NCBI RefSeq assembly: GCF_006345805.1
Contig: NC_043003.1
Coordinates: forward strand, 47,182,001-47,246,000
Source of the DNA: Octopus sinensis
Lineage: Eukaryota
Length of the DNA: 64,000 nt
Direction of reading: 5' to 3'
Below, piece after piece: positions 57,075-64,000 of the stretch; the first letter of the stretch is position 1, and each line of letters begins with the position of its first letter. The notes beneath the pieces are model-generated. The model was not told the origin of the DNA. It ran no database searches and was given only the letters and a program-made list of their open reading frames with translations. A program made the position numbers and the translations under genes.

Positions 57075-57182
57075 TCAAGTATAAGTACATGGCCTGAAGT
57101 TTTTGCTGGGTCAAGTATAAGTACATGGCCTGAAGTTTTTGCTGGGTCAAGTATAAGTACATGGCCTGAAGTTTTTCCTGGG
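57075..57182. repeat. Tandem repeat, 3 x 36 bp
   Basis: TCAAGTATAAGTACATGGCCTGAAGTTTTTGCTGGG x3, one mismatch in the last copy. Confidence 0.95.
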
Positions 57183-57411
57183 TAGGAGGACTCGCTATTA
57201 TTTACGTCAGTACTTAGTTAACTTTATTTTATTAATGCCCAATGGATAAAAGGAAAATTTGACCTCGGCGGGATTTGAACACTGAATGTAAAATGCAGAA
57301 ACAAATACTTCAGGGTATTTTCTTCGGCGTTCAAACGATTCTGCCAGGTCACTACCTCTATGCTTGTAAATACTCATTAAAAATATTAATGAAACCAGTT
57401 GAATATCTATA

Positions 57412-57870
57412 CCGGTTTCAAATTTTGGTACAAGGCCAACAATTTCGGGGGAGGGGTAAGTCGATTACATCGACCCCGGTGATCAACTGGGGCTTATGCT
57501 ATCGACCCCGAAAGGATAAAAGGCAAATTTGAACTCAGAACATAAAGACGGACGAAATGCCGCTTAGCATTTAGCCCGGTATTCTAACGATTTTGCCGGC
57601 CCGCTGCCTTCTAAGTGGACCAACCTGCTCGTGAAATTAACGTGCAAGTGAATGAACACTCCACAGACATACATGACCTTAACATAGTTTTCAAGGAGAT
57701 TCAGCCTGACACAGAATGTGACAAGACTAGTCCTTTGTAATACAGATACTACTCATTTTTACCAGCTGAGTGGACTTGAACTATATGAAATAGTGTCTTG
57801 CTCAAGGTCACAACACGCTGCCGCGCATCGAACTCACGACCGTGTGCCGAGTACCCTAACCAAGAATCCA
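57412..57870 (-). mobile_element. SINE family B copy adjoining a third SINE family (CCTTGAGCAAGACACT core)
   Basis: Family B core at 57412-57610; tRNA-like head GGTTAGGGTACTCGGC...GAGTTCGAT at about 57830-57860; related plus-strand copy at about 6795-7060. Confidence 0.7.
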
Positions 57871-58147
57871 CGTGTCCTCGCGAGTTGAACATCCGTATCG
57901 ACAAAAGAAAATTGCATGATGGTATTAAACAAAACAGTCCGAAGTCTGATCACTAAACGTTTCAGATTTTCAGCTACAAAGTTTTTTTAAAGAAATAATT
58001 ATGATCACTAACAAATAAGACGGTCAAATCGTACTGAGGTTTAAACAGGACAATTCAAAGTTCATGTGTTAGGCGTTTTGAAACAATGATTCCACAGAAC
58101 ATTACGATTTTTAACGTCAATTATTTTATTATTGTTAATATTTTTTT

Positions 58148-58875
58148 CTTATTACCTCTGCCTTGTATTATTTGCAGTCGCGTTTTGTTTGTTTGTCCGT
58201 AGACAAGATATCTCAAGAACCATTGGATGGATTCGAATGAAACTTTCAGGGATGTTTTGGTCTCGTTACTAGCACGAACTGATAAGATTTTGGGATCGAT
58301 CTGGTACCGGACAAGGATTCTGGATTATTTTTCCGGTTTTTTGTCCCGTCAAAGGGCGGAAGAACTACTGTGTGGTCAACGACCGATTCAACAAGTACCT
58401 TGTAACGATGAAGTGCCTGTCTGCTCCATTGACCCGGAGAGCTATACTGGAGGGAGAGAAATCTTCAGGCAGGTCTTACCAGGCCAGACAGGTCGAAAGG
58501 TAGGAGAAATTGAAGCGTCGGCAGCAGGGCGTGAATTTGGTTATAGGCAGGACCTAACAGATCATATTTCTGGCTTTGAATTAGTAGGATGTCATGCAGA
58601 AGATCTTGAATACAACACAATGGATATTCTTAGTTAGATGGAAACTGCAGGACTACATGGAGCAGCGCCCTATGACTCTTATAGTATGCGCAACCGAAAC
58701 CCCTATGGGGGCGTCCTATGGAACGACCTAGATGAGATGAGATTATTTAATTTTAAGAGTGGTCGGGTCCATTTTTAGTATTCTCGTTTGTGAGAGCAGT
58801 CGAGTTTATTCCAGATATTCTCATTTTAAAAATCATCTCTGGCTAATCATTGAGAGGACGCCGGCGCCGCCTCGG
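58148..58875 (+). mobile_element. Helentron/DINE-like non-autonomous element with internal insertion
   Basis: TTATTACCTCTGCC start, (GTTT)n, GATATCTCAAGAACC...ATGAAACTTTCAGG motif typical of such elements; interrupted at about 58345-58740. Confidence 0.5.
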
Positions 58876-60240
58876 GTTGTTCTGCTGGTGTTTTTCATAG
58901 TGTTGAATTTTTGTGTTGTAATTCTGTGTTAGTGTTCGTTTGAACACTTTTGTGAACTGTTTTTGCTGCTTTGTGGCAGCTTGTTTAAATGATGTTGTAC
59001 GAGGACTGCAGCTCTTCAGGGTTGTCTTCTTCCGAAGAAGAACTTGCAACATGTATTAAAGAAATAGACAAGAAAATGGAAGAGAAGAAAAGTTTTGCAA
59101 AAGTTGCGGAGGTACAGAATAAGGATGTGGATTTAACCAAGTTAAAGAGTGACAAGATGTTAAACAGAGGGTGGCGATGTAAAGTTGTCCTCTCCTCAAG
59201 GAGTCATGAAAATTAAAAACGAAAAACGTTTATCTACAAAGTTTATTCAGCGGAAGCGAAGAAAATTGAAATTATGCCAACAGATAAAATAGAGAAGGCT
59301 TTTAAACCAATATGGCAAGATATGTAATATCTTGCCAGGGGAAGTAAATTTGGTACAGTGGAGGTTCACTTCAGAGAGGCAGCCAAGGCAAGACAGTATT
59401 CGGCAACTCCTTTAAGAACTGATAGTGTGGTACTTCTACCCACATACCTTGGAAGACGAGCTTCCAGAGTCAGGGTTGAAAGGTTCCACCCGAAATTGAT
59501 GTATCCTGGGTGGTGGCTGCTGTACTTCTCGGTAACGAGGATGAAATAGCAGTCCTACAGGCCTGTATGATTAAAAATACCAATTGGAGAAGACAAACGT
59601 TAGATATGATCATTCAGGAATCACAAGAAGATTTGGAAAATATAACAGAGACAGCTACAATTGAGGACACAGTGCTGAGAGTTAGGGTGGAGGGCAGAAT
59701 CTCTCGATGCTTTAAATGTGGTCTTAAGGGTCACATCAGAGCGGACTGCCCTTCGCCGACCAAGGGAACTCAAGAGGAACCCAGGGAAGCAGCGAAAGCG
59801 GAGGAGGATTTACCATCAGAAGAAATTAGAGAGAATGACGAGATGTGGAAGACAGTGGAAAATAGGAACAAAAGGAAAAAGCAGCCCCACCCTCCCCCAC
59901 AGTACACCAAACCTACCCTCTTGCTTCAGACACAGAAAAAGAAAACACTAGCACACAAGAACCCCCAAACTTCCCCTCCCCCGGTTAAAGAAAAAAGTTG
60001 CTTTGTGTGCATGATAGATGACTAAAACGGAGAACTGGTCAGCGAAACAATGATGTAGAAAGACACAATGTTTGTTAAAACGTATGAGGATAATGTGAAG
60101 CGGTTGGTTTCAGAGGAACAGAAGGCAAAAATAGAAAGGTTTTAAAATGGACTCGCTTATTGGAGAGTAAAAATTGATAAAGATAGGTTGCCGGATTGTA
60201 TGGAATATATGGAACTTATAAAGGAGTGCAAGGTGGATAT
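58875..60240 (+). pseudogene. LINE ORF1 (gag-like) relic with CCHC zinc knuckle, L1/Tx1-like
   Basis: CFKCGLKGHIRADC (CX2CX4HX4C), KSFAKVA N-terminal motif, WKTVENRNKRKK basic motif; several stops and frameshifts. Confidence 0.8.
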
Positions 60241-60949
60241 ACAGGATGCCGAGTAGCTTCGTTGTATTTTTTCATTTTCATTTGTCGTACACACATACGG
60301 GCCAAAATTAACTTTCTTAACATCGCAAGCTCTTTCAATTATATCACTCCTGCCCGTCGAGGCATGGCATTATACAAAGTAACAGTAAATAAATATTTCT
60401 TTACAACGTTGATCATTGTTCTTCTTTCATCTTGCACATCTGCAACAGCAACACCTGTTACAATCGCTAACTGCCAACAACCAACATGTATCATCACAAT
60501 TACCATTACACTGGCAACCAATACCTTAACTATACCGTTACATTGGTGGCCCTCGACTACAACGAAAAACTAACCGTTACAGTTTGTATACATATATAAA
60601 TTTGCTTTATTTACTTTGTTCATAGCCTGAGAACAGATTTAACGCGAAACTCATTTTACTGTACATTCATATATACATGGTATCTGTCAATTCGGAGACG
60701 GGTATGACCACCACTGACAAATTATCTTATCTTAGATGTTAAAGACAATGGCTGTCGGCAATGCCTGTACTGAAATTTAAAGCCAATAACAGTTTGTACG
60801 ACACCAATAAAACTCACAAAGTCAAATAGTCCAGAAACAAACAAGAGCAAGATCTCCGGCCTCGCAATAAGCTATTATTTCAGAAAGTTCTCCTCCCAAA
60901 CAAATACTAGAGGTCTTTCACTCCCAGCTGTTGGCTGGTCGTTAACCCT

Positions 60950-62679
60950 ACTGATTTCATCCATCCTTTGAAAGGTTTTATTTTTCATCCTGCAGGGTGT
61001 CCAATGAAAACCACCCTCCTTACCAAGCAGGTTAAGTGGGTTTGCCGGTTTAGTCGATGTTAGCCCGACAATGCGAAAGGTCATGTTACATATTACCAGT
61101 AGCTCTAAGAGTGTACTTTCACACATACATACATGCTTCGCAAAACATTACGATTACCACATTTTGCTTCAGCAATTCATCCGTTTTACAATTTCTTGTA
61201 CAACTTTTATTGCTCCGTTTCTTTTGCTTCATAGTGTCTCTATTTCATGCATAATCACCTGCTGCAATTTTTGTCCCACCGAGTTACCGAATGAGAAAAA
61301 CAGAAATTAGAAATGGTTTAAATTATACAAAAAGGGTTTGAGAGGAAGGGAGATATTCATTGTTATTTCCTGGTTTGCAGCATGAATACCTGCTGCTTTC
61401 AATCAATGTTTGCTGCAGTTTCTTAAACAGATTTCAGATTTTTGTGAACAAAAAATGTTTGTTGAACGCCGAACAGATGATTTGACATGACAGCAGTATT
61501 ATCTTAACACTCACTGAATAAATCTTCCTATGCTTCTAATGTTGTGCTCAATGTTTTCTCAGAACCGATAGCATCTTTTCCATTAGCCAATAAATGACTT
61601 CTACTTTTCTTTTCTTGAAGTTAATGTCAACAACGAATTACTTGGGCCAGTTCTTCACGAAGGACTAAATTAGTGTTGAATCAAACTAGATACAAACTAG
61701 TATTTGTTCCCATGAATTGCTGACAAATAATAATTTATAAAATTTATTTTGTACTTCAGAAGAAAAATAAGATGTTTACATTTGCTTGTTGTACGTTCTA
61801 AGTGCTCTCATTAGGGATCATATTTTGCTAATAATAACCACAAGTGTCAGGAAATTCCTAGAATTTTCGTTTGAGATTGTCGTCAGTATGACAATGGAAT
61901 CAAATGAAAGATCCTGAGAAGCTAAATATGGTGTACAAATCAATTGCAGTAACACATATCTCCATCGTAACTCTATCAAAACCGCTTTGAAGGCGATTTC
62001 GGTGACCAGTTTCTTTAAAAGTAGGAAATTACTAAGCACCACTTTTAAAATTTTTCCACTCAGAGAATCCACACTGTTTCGAAGGGATCCGGCATTCTGA
62101 TGTTATACATGCAGATGAAAAACAAGACAACATAATACACTGTTTTATGTACACGGAAATACATTCAGAGGTCGCGGTTTGAAAGCAAAATGCACTTATA
62201 CACTGTCCTCCTTTGCCATCAAATGAACCTTCTTTATGTTGAAATTCATGTGCTCCAACTTTAATAATCACCGTGCGATAAGTATGTGCTATAACTGCTG
62301 AACCTGATTGTACTGAATTTTATGAAGCTAATATCGCATAAGATATTTCTTATGTTATCCCATTTTAACTAAGCAACACTATCAATTTCTTTCTATCTAG
62401 TGAAGTGGAATCCTCTTAGTGGCAAATAAATTATTCTAATTGTAGCCTTCAACATGGCAGGGAACCGTTTCTTCATTTAAAATTTTTTTTGCTTTTATAT
62501 TCTTCAAATAAAATAGCACGTTTACATTCATGCATTTTGATATCTTTACTGTTATCAAAAAAAAAAAAAACTTGCTAGCTAACAGGTGACATCATTTTTA
62601 GTGAGGAGAGCTCTCATCGATTTGGTTGATTCGAATATCGAAATTTCACTGCAAACTGTGGATGTAATTTGCGTCCCTG
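60950..62679 (-). pseudogene. Ancient hAT-Tip100/ZMYM-type transposase relic
   Basis: Minus-strand fragments in expected order: GFSEWKNFK (TTF-finger region), ENSRNFLTLV..DPL, SYFSSEVQN, DNTAVMS..GVQ; possible CAGGGACG terminus at 62679. Confidence 0.6.
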
Positions 62680-63331
62680 TACCCCTCTTTCTTGAAATAG
62701 TGAGCTAAAATAATAATAAATATTGAGTACACGTTTAGTTACAATGTAAACGAAAACGATCAGTTTATTTCGTGTCAAACGGAATTTCAGTGTCTGCGTC
62801 TAGTTCAACAGGCCATGATATCGAAACAGATCACATCGCTTATTTTAGAAAGATGTCTGAAAAAACAAAAGCGAAGGTTTTTAAGTTTCTCCGAGCTGTC
62901 ATATGCAAGAGTAATTTTTTTTTATATGTATAGTTCAAAAACATTCCGACAAGTCTTTACACCCAGCATAAAAACGCAGGTAAACAGTTATAATTGTCAC
63001 ATGTTTGTTCTTGTGCTATACAAGTGGTCGTTATTTCAGCTTATTTGCTAAATTACATAATACATGAATATTTTTTATCTTTTGACCAAATCTATGTCAC
63101 AAGCTTAATTTTACTTTTGTCACAATTGAGATGATATAAAAGTTTTTAAAAATAGCTGTCGGCCATATTTGACATCGGGTATAATGACATCACAATTACG
63201 TGTATCACACGGCGTTGTTTTTGGTATTACTTTCGAGGAATGTGTACTTGTGTACTTCTTAATTAATAAGTAGATCTTCTCAACAACCATTTTATATTTT
63301 GTATATTTGCTCACTTACGATGCGATACATA

Positions 63332-64000
63332 CAGGGGTTGGACAAGTTAATGGAAACACCAAGCATCATAATTTTGAAATGTCTATAAAACCGTCAAAAG
63401 CTTGTTTATTTTTATGTTATTTGATTTATTATTAGTGTTGCTTAATATGTTTTGCTAAAATTGCAGTTTCTTTTCAGATATCATCAGACAAAGCTAATTA
63501 AAATTCATTAAAATGACAGATCTATCGGACTTTCAAAGAATTCAAATTGTTGGTGCTCATATGGCAAGCGCTAGCGTAACGAAAACAGCCAAAATGTTTG
63601 GTGTATCAAGAAGTACTGTCTCGAAAGTAATGACAGCCTTTGAGAAAGAGGGAAAAACCTCCTCGTCGAAACAAAACCAAAACTTTCAGATAGGGACCGT
63701 CAGACTCTTATGCAAATTGTTAGAAAGGATCACAAAATTGCAGCGCCCAAAATTACTGCAGAGCTTAATGACCACCTTGAGAACCTAGTTTCCACAAAAA
63801 CTGTTCGCTGGGAGCTGCACAAAGCCCGATTTTACGAGAGGGCTGCAATCAGAAAACCACTACTTTCAAAAACAAACGTTGCAAAACATTTAGAGTGGAG
63901 TAAAAACCTTCAGAATTGGTCCCTAGAGCAGTTGAAGAATGTTATTTTCTCGGACGAGTCATCCTTTACCATATTTCCTACCACCGGCCGAGTATACGTG
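63332..64000 (+). mobile_element. Tc1-like transposon, 5' part (runs off the window), frameshifted transposase
   Basis: TA|CAGGGGTTGGAC terminus; paired-like HTH MTDLSDFQRIQIVG...FGVSRSTVSKV; first catalytic motif VIFSDESSF near 63940-63965. Confidence 0.9.

Noticed and set aside
57075-57182. 36-bp repeats resembling a CRISPR array
   Set aside because: Units are directly adjacent with no spacers, there are no cas genes, and the context is eukaryotic.

Overview
Eukaryotic, AT-rich, repeat-dense genomic DNA, most likely an octopus (coleoid cephalopod). This is inferred from the SINE/LINE landscape and from a protein that closely resembles octopus class III alcohol dehydrogenase as I recall it. 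The only host gene I can support is a complete minus-strand class III ADH / S-(hydroxymethyl)glutathione dehydrogenase (ADH5/GSNOR). I reconstructed it by hand as 11 coding exons (ATG 39678, stop 7285-7287; 1140 nt, 379 aa), all with GT-AG introns and consistent phases. The rest is a transposable-element mosaic: a nearly intact mariner just upstream of the gene, decayed mariner, Tc1 and hAT copies, a near full-length RTE LINE split by a solo LTR, an RTE-like LINE with a PHD finger inside its RT, gag/ORF1 relics, non-autonomous Helitrons, piggyBac/hAT/pogo MITEs, many tRNA-derived SINEs and microsatellites. I found no rRNA, functional tRNA, CRISPR array or prokaryotic system, and most ORF-track entries are chance frames. 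I cannot demonstrate a wholly new biological system. The best leads are long foldback palindromes and inverted repeat pairs (possible A-to-I editing substrates), a degenerate hammerhead-like motif upstream of the gene, a CpG-decay boundary at the promoter, and the PHD-in-RT LINE.
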